From: Chloroflexota bacterium
Lineage (GTDB): Bacteria > Chloroflexota > Dehalococcoidia > FW602-bin16
Assembly: GCA_004297765.1 (NCBI GenBank)
Contig: SCTZ01000023.1
Location: forward strand, 2,130-66,129
Length of the DNA stretch: 64,000 bases
Direction of reading: 5' to 3'
The notes beneath the pieces are model-generated. The model was not told the origin of the DNA and did no database searches. It was given only the letters and a program-made list of their open reading frames with translations. Shown piece after piece: positions 35,220 to 46,100 of this stretch (the stretch's first letter is position 1; every line of letters starts with the position of its first letter). Position numbers and translations under genes: made by a program.

Positions 35220-38200
35220 TAACTCTCCGACGAGCCCCACCGCTCCGTCAACTCCTGGACCAGGCTGTAGACCACCGGCACCACCAGCAGAGTCAGCAGG
35301 GTCGAGGTGAGCAGTCCGCCGACGACCACGGTCGCGAGCTCAGAGGCGATGAGGGAGCCCTGCCCGAAGCCCAGCATGAGCGGGGTGAGGGCTAATATAG
35401 TGGCGGCGGCAGTCATCAGGATCGGACGGACGCGGGTGCGGCCGCCCTCGATCAGGGCCTCGCGTACGCCAAAGCCGCGGCGCCGCAGTTGGCCGACCAG
35501 ATCCAGCAAGACCACGGCGTTGGTCACAACGATGCCGACCAGCATCAGCATGCCGATCATGGCGGACATGCCCAGAGATCGGCCGGTCAACAGGAGCGCC
35601 AGCAACGCACCCACGGAGGCCAGCGGCAGACTGGCCAGAATCACCAGCGGCTCGGAGAGTGAGCCCATGGTGGCCACCATCACCAGGTAGACCAACCCCA
35701 CTGCCACCGCCAGGGCGATCCCCAGGTTAGAGAAGCCCTCCATCATCTGCTCGGCCACACCGCCCACCTGTACCCTCACGCCGGCAGGCTTGTCCAAATC
35801 GTTCATCATCTGGCGAGCGGCGCTGCTGACGGCGCCGGTGTCTGCCTTCAGGACGTCGCCGCTGATCGTCGCTGCCCTCGCCTGATTGTGGCGAGTGATG
35901 CGCACGGGACCGTCCACGGAGCGCACGTCGGCGATCTCCGATAGTGGCACCGGGTTGATCGTGCCAACCGTCAGAGCTTTAAGCTTGTCCAGGCTATCTT
36001 TGTCGGCGGCGTTCACCTGGACGTAGACATCGATGGGTTTGCCATCCAGGGTCATCTTGGTAGCCTGCTGTCCTGTGATCATGTCTCTGACGGCCTGAAC
36101 CACCTGAATGGCCGTCAGTCCATGCTGAAGAGCCGCGTCCGGCTTGACTTTGACGGAGACCTCCGGCTTCGACACGGCCAGATCGCTGCGGACGTTGGCC
36201 AGTCCTTCGATCTGCCCAAGGGCCGATACCGCTCGGTTCGCGGTGTCAGAGACCTGTTCATAGTCGTCCCCGACTATCGTCACCTGTAGCTTGCTGGATC
36301 CGCCCTCCATGGTTTCCAGCGGCGAGACCACGATCGACGCGGCGCTGTCGATCGAGCTCAGCGATTGACGCAGGCTCTCGGCCACACCGTGCACGTCGGC
36401 CGAGGAGACCAGACGGACGAAGATATCGGCCGTCGACGCATTGCCCGCGCCTATACCTGTCATGCCCATCAGGGAGCCCGTGTTGCCAATCGTGGTCTGA
36501 AAGACCTCCACCTCCTTCAGATTGGACAACTGATTCTCCACCTGTTCGGCCACGGCCTCCGTGGCGTGCAGATTCGTCCCGGGCGGCATCTCCACCGTCA
36601 CCTGCAGGAGCTTCTCGGAGGAGGATGGCAGGAAAGACGTGCCGATGAACGGCAACGTCCAGAGCGATCCAACGAAGAGCACCGCGGCCACCCCCAGCGT
36701 GGCCCGCCGGTGCCGCAGGGCCCAGGAGACGCCGGGGCTGCAGATGGCGTGGAGGCGAGGGGTGGAAGCTGGGGATTGGGGGCTGCGAGAGCGAGCCCCA
36801 GCCTCTAGCCTCCCACGGCCGGGCCGGACGAGAAAAGTCGCCAGCACCGGGATGATGGTCAGAGCCACGGCTAACGAGGCCAGTAGGGCGAAGGTGACGG
36901 TTAGTGCAAATGGCGTGAAGACCTGTCCGACGATGCCTCCCACGAAACCCAGCGGTAAGAAGACGGCCACCGTCGTGAGGGTAGAGATGGTGATGGCCGC
37001 GGACACCTCCCGGGCGCCCGCCGACGCGGCGCGCATGGGGGACTCGCCCCGCTGAACATGCCGATAGATGTTCTCCAGCACCACGATCGCGTCGTCCACC
37101 ACCCGCCCGAGGGAGACCGTCAAACCGCCCATGGTCATGATGTTCAGGCTAAGATCGCGCCAGCCCATGAGAAGAAAGGCCACCAGGATCGAGACCGGAA
37201 TGGACACGGCGGTCACCATGGTGGAGCGGGCATTGAAGAGAAACAGGAAGATGACGAGAACGGCAAAGAGGCCGCCCAGCAGACCTTCGCGCTCGAGACC
37301 GGAGATGGATTCCCGCACAGCGGTCGATTGATCTTCGATGACGACCACGCCCGCGTCGCCCAGGCCGGATTTGATCTCCGCGATCTTATGATTGACCGCG
37401 TCGGCCACCCGGACAGTGTTGGCGTCCCGCGTTTTGAAGATGAGCACGCCCACGCTGTTCTGACCATTGGTGCGCGTCAGACTGGCGTCCTCGGCCGTGC
37501 CCAGAGCAACCTGCCCCAGATCCCGGATATAGATCTGCGGGATGGACGGCATCTGCGGAATAGCCATGCCGGGTATCTGCCCGCCCGCGGGCAAGCCAGG
37601 TACCTGTCCGGTCCCGGATCCGATGCTGGCCGGCGGGCTCGCGGGAGCCCCCGGAGTGGTGGAAGTGGTCAGCGCCGCGGGGATGATTAACGTCATGCCG
37701 GGACGAATCGAGTTTGGATTGCTAAGCTGGGCCTTGTTGGCATCTACGATGCGCTGGAAGGCCCCGGCGTCCCCATAGAAACGCTGGGCTATGCTGGAGA
37801 GCGTATCCCCCGGCTTGACCTGGTACACCTCGTCGGGCTGCCGAGTTGGCTCGCTGCTGTCCGGGGAAGGCGGTCGCCAGGACTGCGGCACGCCTGAAAG
37901 ACCTCCCGCCCCACCCATAGCTGATGCGCTGGGCAGCACGATCAGGTTCTCTACGTCCTGCAGCGAGAGCAACTGGTTACCGACGCGCACCGGCAGATCC
38001 AGCCCACCCTCAGGGATGCCGCCGGACGGCGCGGCCACGTTGTTGGCCCGCAGCGAGCTCACCACCTGGGAGACCGTAACGTTGCGGGCTTTCAGCTGAT
38101 CCGCCTTCAGCGAAACCACCACACGCCTTGCGGCGCTTCCGGTGATCTGGACGCTGCTGACCCCATCCACCGCTCCCAATTGCGGGACAAGCTGCCGTTC

Positions 38201-38749
38201 TGCCATCTCCGCTAGCGCAGCCGTATCCTGCTTGCCCGTCACGCTCAGGCGCATGATGGGAAAAGCGTTCAGATCCACTTCGGAGACCTTCGGAGCGAGA
38301 GACCCGGCCGGAAGCTGGGCGCTGGCCAGGTTACGATTGATAGTGTCGACGGCTCGCTTGAGATCTGTGCCATACGCGAACTGAGCTACCACGACGGAGA
38401 CGCCCGCTTCAGAGATGGAATCCAGCGACTTGAGTCCAGGCAGACCGGCCACCGCGCTCTCGACGGGAACGGTCACGTCGTTCAAAACGGAGTCGGGATC
38501 AGCGGTGGGGTAGATGGTCATCACGGTGACCACGGGGATATCCATGTTGGGCAGCAACTCGATCTTGAGCTGGCGCGCCGCCCAGATCCCTCCCGCGATG
38601 ACGAGCATCACGACCATCAGCGTGACCGCGCGCTTGGCCAAGGCCAGATCGATAATGGCTCCCAGCATGCGGCTGAGCGCGCCGATCTCCGCCGTGCTAT
38701 ATCCGTGATCGGCGCCCGCGGGCGGAAGATACTGATCCTTGCGCGACAT
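35219..38749 (-). CDS. RND (AcrB/SwrC-like) transporter with an inserted LysM domain
   Basis: ELLPNMDIP, GRVVDDAIVVLENI, STLTTVAVFLP, GIVVTNAVVL, RVRPILMT. LysM YQVKPGDTLSSIAQRFYG...NPNSIRPGMTLIIP at 37680-37828. An alternative start is ATG 38668. Confidence 0.95.
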   Translation of the reverse strand: MSRKDQYLPPAGADHGYSTAEIGALSRMLGAIIDLALAKRAVTLMVVMLVIAGGIWAARQLKIELLPNMDIPVVTVMTIYPTADPDSVLNDVTVPVESAVAGLPGLKSLDSISEAGVSVVVAQFAYGTDLKRAVDTINRNLASAQLPAGSLAPKVSEVDLNAFPIMRLSVTGKQDTAALAEMAERQLVPQLGAVDGVSSVQITGSAARRVVVSLKADQLKARNVTVSQVVSSLRANNVAAPSGGIPEGGLDLPVRVGNQLLSLQDVENLIVLPSASAMGGAGGLSGVPQSWRPPSPDSSEPTRQPDEVYQVKPGDTLSSIAQRFYGDAGAFQRIVDANKAQLSNPNSIRPGMTLIIPAALTTSTTPGAPASPPASIGSGTGQVPGLPAGGQIPGMAIPQMPSIPQIYIRDLGQVALGTAEDASLTRTNGQNSVGVLIFKTRDANTVRVADAVNHKIAEIKSGLGDAGVVVIEDQSTAVRESISGLEREGLLGGLFAVLVIFLFLFNARSTMVTAVSIPVSILVAFLLMGWRDLSLNIMTMGGLTVSLGRVVDDAIVVLENIYRHVQRGESPMRAASAGAREVSAAITISTLTTVAVFLPLGFVGGIVGQVFTPFALTVTFALLASLAVALTIIPVLATFLVRPGRGRLEAGARSRSPQSPASTPRLHAICSPGVSWALRHRRATLGVAAVLFVGSLWTLPFIGTSFLPSSSEKLLQVTVEMPPGTNLHATEAVAEQVENQLSNLKEVEVFQTTIGNTGSLMGMTGIGAGNASTADIFVRLVSSADVHGVAESLRQSLSSIDSAASIVVSPLETMEGGSSKLQVTIVGDDYEQVSDTANRAVSALGQIEGLANVRSDLAVSKPEVSVKVKPDAALQHGLTAIQVVQAVRDMITGQQATKMTLDGKPIDVYVQVNAADKDSLDKLKALTVGTINPVPLSEIADVRSVDGPVRITRHNQARAATISGDVLKADTGAVSSAARQMMNDLDKPAGVRVQVGGVAEQMMEGFSNLGIALAVAVGLVYLVMVATMGSLSEPLVILASLPLASVGALLALLLTGRSLGMSAMIGMLMLVGIVVTNAVVLLDLVGQLRRRGFGVREALIEGGRTRVRPILMTAAATILALTPLMLGFGQGSLIASELATVVVGGLLTSTLLTLLVVPVVYSLVQELTERWGSSES

Positions 38750-38760
38750 GGAACCCGCCG

Positions 38761-38927
38761 GGTCTCAAATAATCGAGACCTAGTCATAAATCACGATTGG
38801 TGCAGTGCGCGGAGGCGGGAACCTGGGAGCGTGGGCATCCTGCCCGCGCGAGCGCTCGCGCGGGCAGGATGCCCGCGCTCCCAAGCAGCATCGTCTCACA
38901 ATTATGACCACGTCTCAAATAATCAGC
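38761..38927. promoter_or_regulatory. Putative repressor operator array upstream of the RND gene
   Basis: GGTCTCAAATAATCGAGACC (38761), GTCTCACAATTATGAC (38893) and GTCTCAAATAATC (38912). Confidence 0.5.
38824..38883. repeat. Near-perfect 60-bp palindrome (GGGAGCG.GGGCATCCTGCCCGC family)
   Basis: TGGGAGCGTGGGCATCCTGCCCGCGCGAGCGCTCGCGCGGGCAGGATGCCCGCGCTCCCA. Confidence 0.85.
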
Positions 38928-39029
38928 TTACGCTTGCTGCCCTACACCCTTCGCGGTTCCAAAGTGGCAATAACCGTGCCTCGACCGTCTGATCGCGGGG
39001 TCGCCGAGTGGTTTTACGGGTAGTCATCG

Positions 39030-39304
39030 CTACGCGAGGCGCGCGACATACTCGGCCGGACTGAAGATGGGGAAGCCGACCGACGTGGCGACGGCCGGCG
39101 TGAAATGCCGTGAATTGCCCGTCACGAGGCAGTCCGCGCCGCTCTCAATGGCAGCGACGAGAATCGGCGCGTCGGTCGGATTGATCACGGACAGGAGACG
39201 ATGCACTGCGCGCGCATTGGGGTCAGGGATAACCTCTGGCGGAGCAGCGGTGAGGAAAGTGTAGAAATAGTGTCGAGGAAAGGGCACGGCTTACCCCTGT
39301 TCAT
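39030..39304 (-). pseudogene. PIN-domain toxin with internal deletion/frameshift
   Basis: ATG 39304 reads MNRGKPCPFLDT (first PIN motif). The C-terminal half DAPILVAAIESGADCLVTGNSRHF is in another frame, and the middle of the domain is missing. Confidence 0.7.
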
Positions 39305-39363
39305 ACCGAGCGGGAGAAAGCTGCCCGCAGATTGTTCGCTCCTCTGACTGAAACCCACCGACG

Positions 39364-39591
39364 CTACGCCGCCACGTCAATCGTGATTATCTGCGGCGGT
39401 AGTCCCTCCTCGGGGATCGGCTCACCGTGCTTCTCAGCGGACCTTATCCAGAGGTCTATGGCATCACGTGCGTTGGCTATGGCTTCCTCAATTGTGTCGC
39501 CCTCCGTGGTCAGACCGGGAAGCGCAGGAACACGCACCGTGAAACCGCCTTCCTCGGGGTCGGGAATCAGCAGCAACGAGTATCGCCTCAT
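39364..39591 (-). CDS. hicB: HicB-family antitoxin
   Basis: YSLLLIPDPEEGGFTVRVPALPGLTTEGDTIEEAIANARDAI...GEPIP. Confidence 0.9.
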   Translation of the reverse strand: MRRYSLLLIPDPEEGGFTVRVPALPGLTTEGDTIEEAIANARDAIDLWIRSAEKHGEPIPEEGLPPQIITIDVAA

Positions 39592-39782
39592 AGCATCCTC
39601 CTGAACTCATCCACGGCAAGTCCAGCATCTTCCAAGATGCTCGCTAGCGTGCCCAGCTTCAGTTCCTTGCCCCTATGCACGGGCACGATCACCTTTCCAA
39701 CCTTCTGAGGGTGACGCAGGTTGAGATGAGCGCCAGATTGCTCCTCGTCATACCACCCGGCACGGTGCAGTGTGGCGTCAGA
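39588..39782 (-). pseudogene. hicA: HicA toxin, 5'-truncated
   Basis: Reads LHRAGWYDEEQSGAHLNLRHP...VIVPVHRGKELKLGTLASILEDAGLAVDEFRRML* with an ATGA overlap into hicB. There is an in-frame TGA at 39785-39783 and no start codon before the conserved region. Confidence 0.8.
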
Positions 39783-39790
39783 TCAAGGCC

Positions 39791-39823
39791 AGACCGCCGC
39801 GGTTTTCGAAACCGCGGCGGTCT
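39791..39823. repeat. AGACCGCCGCGG-stem palindrome
   Basis: AGACCGCCGCGGTTT-TCG-AAACCGCGGCGGTCT. Confidence 0.85.
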
Positions 39824-39945
39824 CCGTTGAAGCGACGCCGTCAAACCGCACAATTCGGCCGGTCATAGCAGGCTTGATGCGGCCTTTTATGGTCGCTGAC
39901 AAAATAACGTGGTACATGGACGGGCGCCAACCCCACCGCCCCACC

Positions 39946-40009
39946 GGGCGTCATGAATGCCGCCCCTACGGCGTGCGGTGCCTCGTAGGGGCGCAATTCT
40001 ATTGCGCCC
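39946..40009. repeat. GTAG-type REP pair (feet facing each other)
   Basis: GGGCGTCATGAATGCCGCCCCTACG ... CGTAGGGGCGCAATTCTATTGCGCCC. Confidence 0.75.
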
Positions 40010-40144
40010 TGCGTGGGGGGAACAAAGGGCGGATGCTGTACCATCTTATTTCGTTAAACACCATCAATATCGCGACCAGACTCTCGCCCTACGACCAGGC
40101 CTATAATGCAGGATTCTGACGCCTGGACGGCGGTGACCGGCGGA

Positions 40145-43100
40145 TTAAGATCCCGCCGTCACCGCGAGCGGCACAGCAGCCGTGTTGTTCGCCTCACTGT
40201 TCTCGAAGAGCACATTGTCCGCATCGCTGCGCAGGATCAGGAAGTAGTTCCCCGCCGCCACGCTCGGCACTGTGATCGTCAGGCTGGCCGTGTAGCTCCC
40301 GCCTGCGCTCACTGCCACGCTGTGGCTGACGCTTCCCACTAGCGTGTCTCCGCTATCCCACGTCCCGTTCGTGGACAGGTACACCTTGTCCGCCCAGTCG
40401 CCAAAGGTCGTCAGCGCGTCCCCGTTGCCCTGGTTCTTTACTGTCCAACTGATCGTCAGCGACTGCCCCACCTTGCCTGTCCCAGCGTACGTCAGGCTTG
40501 TCGGCACCAGGTCAGGAACCCGAATCTCCACCGGCACCACCCGTATGTTGTTCGTCTCGTCTGTCTCGCCAACACTGTTCCCAGTGTCCGTACGCACGAT
40601 CACCCAGTAGCTCCCGGCTGCCACCTTCGGCAGGTACGCCGTACGCTTTACCGTATAGCTGCTGCCAGCCGCCTGCGTCACGCCGCGCGTTACGCTGGTC
40701 ATGAGCCGGTCCGCGCTGTCCCACACCGCGTCCGTCGACAGGTACACCTGGTCGTACCAACTCGGCTCCGCGTCCCCATTCCCCTGGTTCTTCACCGTCC
40801 ACGTCACCGGTATCGTCTGATATGCGATCCCAACGGCAGGCGCCGTCAGCGCCGTCGGCGTCAGGTCAGGAGCCTCTACCACCAGCGATACCACCCGCTC
40901 GTTGTTCGCTTCGTCCGACTCCGCCACTCCGTTGTACATGTCCGTCCGCAGGATCAAGGAGTAGCTGCCCGCCGTCTTCGGGAGCGTCACGCTCTGCGTC
41001 TCGGTGTAGCTGCTGCCAGCCGCGAGCGTGACACCGCGCGTCACCAGCGTCAGGAAGCTATCCCCGCTGTCCCACTTGTCGTCCGTCGAAAGGTAAACCC
41101 GATCCTGCCAGGACGGCGCCGCATCCCCGTTACCCTTGTTCTTGACCGTCCAACTGATCGGCACCATCTGCCCCGGCATAGCCGTGCTCGGCGTTGTGAA
41201 CTCCGTCGGCGCCAGGTCCGGCGCCTGCACCACCAGCGGCACCACCCGCTCGTTGTTGGTCTCGTCCGACTCCTTCACCGCGTCGTACATGTCCGTGCGC
41301 AGGATCAACTGGTAGCTGCCCGGCGCCACCTTGGGCACGCTCACGCTCTGCGTCACCGTGTAGCTGCTGCCAGCCGCCTGAGTGACACCGCGCGAGACCA
41401 ACGTCACGTAGGTATCTCCGCTGTCCAAACTCCCATCCGTGGACAGATAGATTCGATCTTGCCAGGACGCCGCCGCATCCCCATCACCCTGGTTCTTCAC
41501 CGTCCACGTCAGCACGATCGTCTGCCCAGGCAGCGCCGTGCCCGGACTTGTGAGCTCCGTCGGAGTCAGATCCGACCAGCCCAACACGCTGAACGACACC
41601 GCGTTCGAAGTCCCGCCGCCCGGCGTTGGGTTCACCACCGTGATCTGCGCCGTCCGCGCCGTCGTTATCAGACTCGCCGGGACCGTAGCCGCCAGCCGGT
41701 TCTCCATGATGTAGACCGTGGTCAGCGGTGTGCCGTCCCAGCTCACCACAGCGTTCGAAGTAAAGCCCGTGCCAGTCACCACCACGCTCGCCGCAGGCCC
41801 GCCCGCCTTCGCCGACTGCGGACCAATGGTCGTGATGCTCGGTAGCGGGTTGGCCGTGTATCCGATCGCGTAGGTTGTGGTAGCTCCCACACCCCCCTTG
41901 GGCGTGTCCACCACGTACACCTTGTTGCCCTGCGGATCTTTGCCCCGCCACACCAGACCGCTCCCAGTGTACAGCTCCGCGCTGCTCTCGCCCGGATAGC
42001 TGGCCCGCACAGACTTCAAGGCGATCCCAGGCAACGGATCTGGCACCACCGCCAGCACCCAGCCTCCGTTGGCCGCTACCCCGTACGTCGTGGTTGGCAC
42101 AGCCATGGTCGCCAGGGTCGCGTTCGTCACGTACACCGTCGTCAGTGGCGTGGCGATGGCCGTGTTCAGATCCATCAGCACGTCCGGGTCGACGTCCATG
42201 CTCGGGGCCACCACCTGCAGCGACTGACCTCCGCTGGGTACCACGTCCCCTTGCACGATTATGTTGGTGTGCACCCCCACGATCAACGGACTCAACGTGG
42301 CGCCCTTGTAGTCCCGCTGGCTGTACGTGGCCGTGAAGCCCGTCACCTGCCCGTCCACGTCCGTCCCTAGCACCCAGTAACCCCACGTCTGCCCCCCCGC
42401 AGGCAGATCCCCAAAGCTCAAGGTCAAGTTGCTCGCCGGGACACTCGCACCCTTCAGGCTGGCTCCCAGCAAGCCAAACGTAATCAGCAGACCACTCTTA
42501 TTGTCCACGATCTGCGGCTGCCCACTGATAATGGTCAGGTTCTTGGCCGGACCCGCCCCCACGTTGCGCACTACCACCCCTAGCTTCACCGGATGGTTGG
42601 CCTGGATATCGCGCGGCACGTAGTAGTCGATCAACAACTGCGGCATCGGGTAGATCGTGATCTCCACCGCGCTGGTCGTGACACTCTGCGGGGTTCCGAC
42701 CAAGTTGTAGGCGTAGATGGCCGACACCGCGTATTTCTGTCCGGCGGGATCCGTGCCCCCCAGACCCGCCGCAGGGATCAGCGTCCATTCGCTGGTTGCT
42801 GTCTGCCCGTCCAGGATGGAATGGTTGACCCCATAGCCGCTCTCCGTGGGCGGCGTGATGGCGAACAGATCCACGTAGCGCTGCCCCGACGCGTTGGTCT
42901 CCGAGCCCGCCAGGTCTGTCACCTTGATCGTCACCTGGAAGTTCTCCAGCGTGGCCCCGGCAGTGTTGGTCGTCTGCAGCGTGGCCTCGAAGGCCTGCCG
43001 CTCCAGCGTGGCCTTCTGCGGGATGTCCAACTGCACGACCTCGTGGGCCGTCTGCTGTGGCAGCGGCGGCGGCGTGATGTTGGGCGGCACCCCGCCCGAC

Positions 43101-46100
43101 GGATACGTGAACACGACCCCGCCGCCCGGCGTGTAGGTCACCGACGGCACCGAGACCCCACCGCCGCCTCCTCCGCCGCCACCACCACCTCCGCCGGAGC
43201 CCGCCGTCGGACAGGTGTAAACGATCACCGGCACCTTCGTCTGAATATTCCCCGTCGACGCCGCCACGCTCCCGGCCGTGTAGCTCCCCTGGAACGTGAA
43301 GCTGCCGTCCGCGGCGACCACCACCGTCAGCACCAGATGGTTTTCCGGTGTGCTGTTCCCGGCCGTGATCAACAGATCCTCGGTGTACGTCCCCGCCGCT
43401 AGACCTGCCGGAGGATTCACCACGATCGGGAAGGCCGCCGTGTTCCCGATCCCTAGATTCCCCAGCAGATGCGGCACCGTGATCCAGCTTCGGCTCGGCG
43501 CACTCACCGTGACGTCCGTCGCCACGTTGTAGCCCGTGTTGCTCAGCGTCAGGTTCTTGGTCGCCCCAGCACCCGCGGCGACCGCCATGCTCCAGTTGTT
43601 CTCGCTCAGCGACAGAGCCGGCGTGATCTTGAAGTAGGTGTACTCCCCGCTCACCCGGATCTCGCTATTGAGCTGACTGCTCGGACAGTACGCGCTAGTG
43701 TCGTAGTGCACCTGCATACTGCTCTGGGGCGGAATGCTGGGAATCGTGACCTTGTTGGCCGTCACTCCGCCGTATGTCAGCAGCACGCTTACTCCGTTCA
43801 CAAACGACGCGTCCACCACCACGTTGCTCACCGCGATGCGGCTCGGGTTGTAGACCGTCATTTGCCCGGACGTGGCCGAGCTGTTGTTCAACAGCATCGG
43901 TCCCGACGGATTGGCCGGGTCCTTGGTGTAGGCGAACAGGGCCGGATCAACCGCTAGCTGCGGGATCGGCACATCTACCTGATAGGTGATCTGCAGGTTG
44001 ATGTCGTAGACGTCCACGATGGTGGTCGGGACCACCGTCCAGGTGGTCTGCACCGCTTGTACCTGCAGCACCACCGGCACCGTCTCCGCGTAATCCTCCT
44101 GCCCCGTGAAGAAACCCGTGGCGTTGTCGTGGTGCAGGGCCGTGACCTCATAGCTGTATGGCACACCCATGCTCAGGTTGGTGAAGGTCACCACCCCGTG
44201 CACGTCCACCGCCTTCGTCTCGCTGTGGTAGGGCGCCACTGTAGACGTCAGCTTCACCTGCCCATCAGTCACCGCCTGGCCCGTGTTGTCGCTCACCGCG
44301 AATAGCGCGCTGGTATGCAGCATGGTGTCTACGTACACCGTCAGCGGCACCTGCAGGCTCCCACCGTTGTCCGTATCGACCTGCACCGCCGTGTCCTGGT
44401 ACGCGTTCGGCACCACACTCGCCCCCGGCGCGACGTTGACCGTGAAGGCGCTGCTCTGGTTATAGCCCAGATCCGCCAGGCTGCTGGCGCTCAGGCTCAC
44501 CCACGGATAGGGCGTGCCACCCGAGCGCGACACCAGGCGCATGCGAATGCCGGTCAGGATGCTCCCCTGCCCGTTGTTCTTGACCGTGATGCTCTGGCTG
44601 GTCGCGCTCCCGGCCTGAACCGAGAGGGTGGGCGCCAAGGGATTGACGCTCATCCGGGGCTGCGGCGCCACGATGGTGACCGTCCCGCTCACCTGCGTCA
44701 CCGCTCCCTCTGCCTGTCCTGCCGGAAGCTTCGTCAGGCTCACCTGCAGGCTGTGCGACCCCAGGTCCAGCCCCGCCGCACTGAAGCCAAGGTTGTACGT
44801 GTTCAGCGTGCGGGCCGCCGCGCTGGGCTCGAGCGAGGCCAGCAGCACCGGCGATCCGCCGGTGATGTCGGTTAGCTCCAGCCGGGTCAGCTCAGGGACG
44901 TAGGCCTCGTTCCACACGTTCACGGTAACCGTGCCGTTGTCACTCTGTCTGAGAGAGGTCGGAAAGCTCTGGTTGCCCGCGAAGGTCAGCTTGTGCCCCG
45001 TGATGGTTACTCCGACCGTGGCCATGGCCGTCAGCCCATCCGGCGTCCCAGCCGTTAGGTACAGCGTGCCAACGCCCGTCGTGCTGCCCACAGATAGTGC
45101 GCCCGTATACACGTTCCCGGAGCCGCCGTTGCTCAGCGTGATCAATTGCTGGACCCCGTCCGGGGCCACGTAGCGGGCCTGGACGCTGGCGTTGGCGATC
45201 GGGTTCCCGCCCTGCGTGACGGTCCCTGTGACCACCAGTGTGTCGCCGGGGTCGTACAGGCCTTTGTCCGTACTCGCCTGCAGACCTATCGGGATCACCG
45301 GCGGCGGGTTCACCTGCAAGTTGACTGGGATCTGCCGCGGACTCGTGGTAGTCCCTGCTTCTCCCGCGATGGTGAGCATACCCGTGTAGTTGCCCGCGGC
45401 GAGACCGGCTGTGCTCATGTGGACAGTGGCCGTGTTGCTGGTTCCACCGATAGCCGACCCGCTGGTTGGGCTCATCGACAGCCAGCTCCCCCCGTCGGTG
45501 GTGCTGGACGTTGCATTCCAGTTTAGAGTGGTGAGATTGCTGCCGTAGTTGGTGATCTGCAGATTCTGATCGGGCGGATTCGCGCCGCCCTGCGTGGCCA
45601 CGAAGCTGAGCTGCGTCGGCAGCACCTGCAGACCCGGCAGGGGCGGCGGCGTAATGGTCAGGCTGAAGGCTTTGGACACGGTGCTTGCAGCGGCATCGCT
45701 GACTTGAGCCGTGAAGCTGAAAGTACCGGTCGCGCCGGGTGTGCCGTTGATCTGGCCAGTAATGGGATCCAGCGACAGCCCGTCGGGCAATGTCCCCGAG
45801 GCGACAGACCAACTGTACGGCGACATCCCGCCGGAAGCGGCGAGCGTGGCCGAGTAGGAGCTTTCCTGGGTGCCATCGGGTAATGGCGAGCTCGTTGTAA
45901 TCGCGAGCGTAGGCACGGCCGGTGTTATTTGCACCTGCACATTGTCCAGCCCCCAACTCTCATCGGAAATACCTTGGAGCCCCGACCCGGAGAAGTTCAA
46001 CTGGAGGGAGTTGGCCGTGTGCGCAATAGTGTAGCTTAAGTGGTAGACGGTGTCGCCATAGAAAGAATAGCCGAGCGAATTGCTCTCTTCAGCACCGGTG

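Noticed and set aside
39772-40119. 115-aa ORF between hicA and the surface protein
   Set aside because: It is composed largely of palindrome and REP sequence, with no recognisable protein features.
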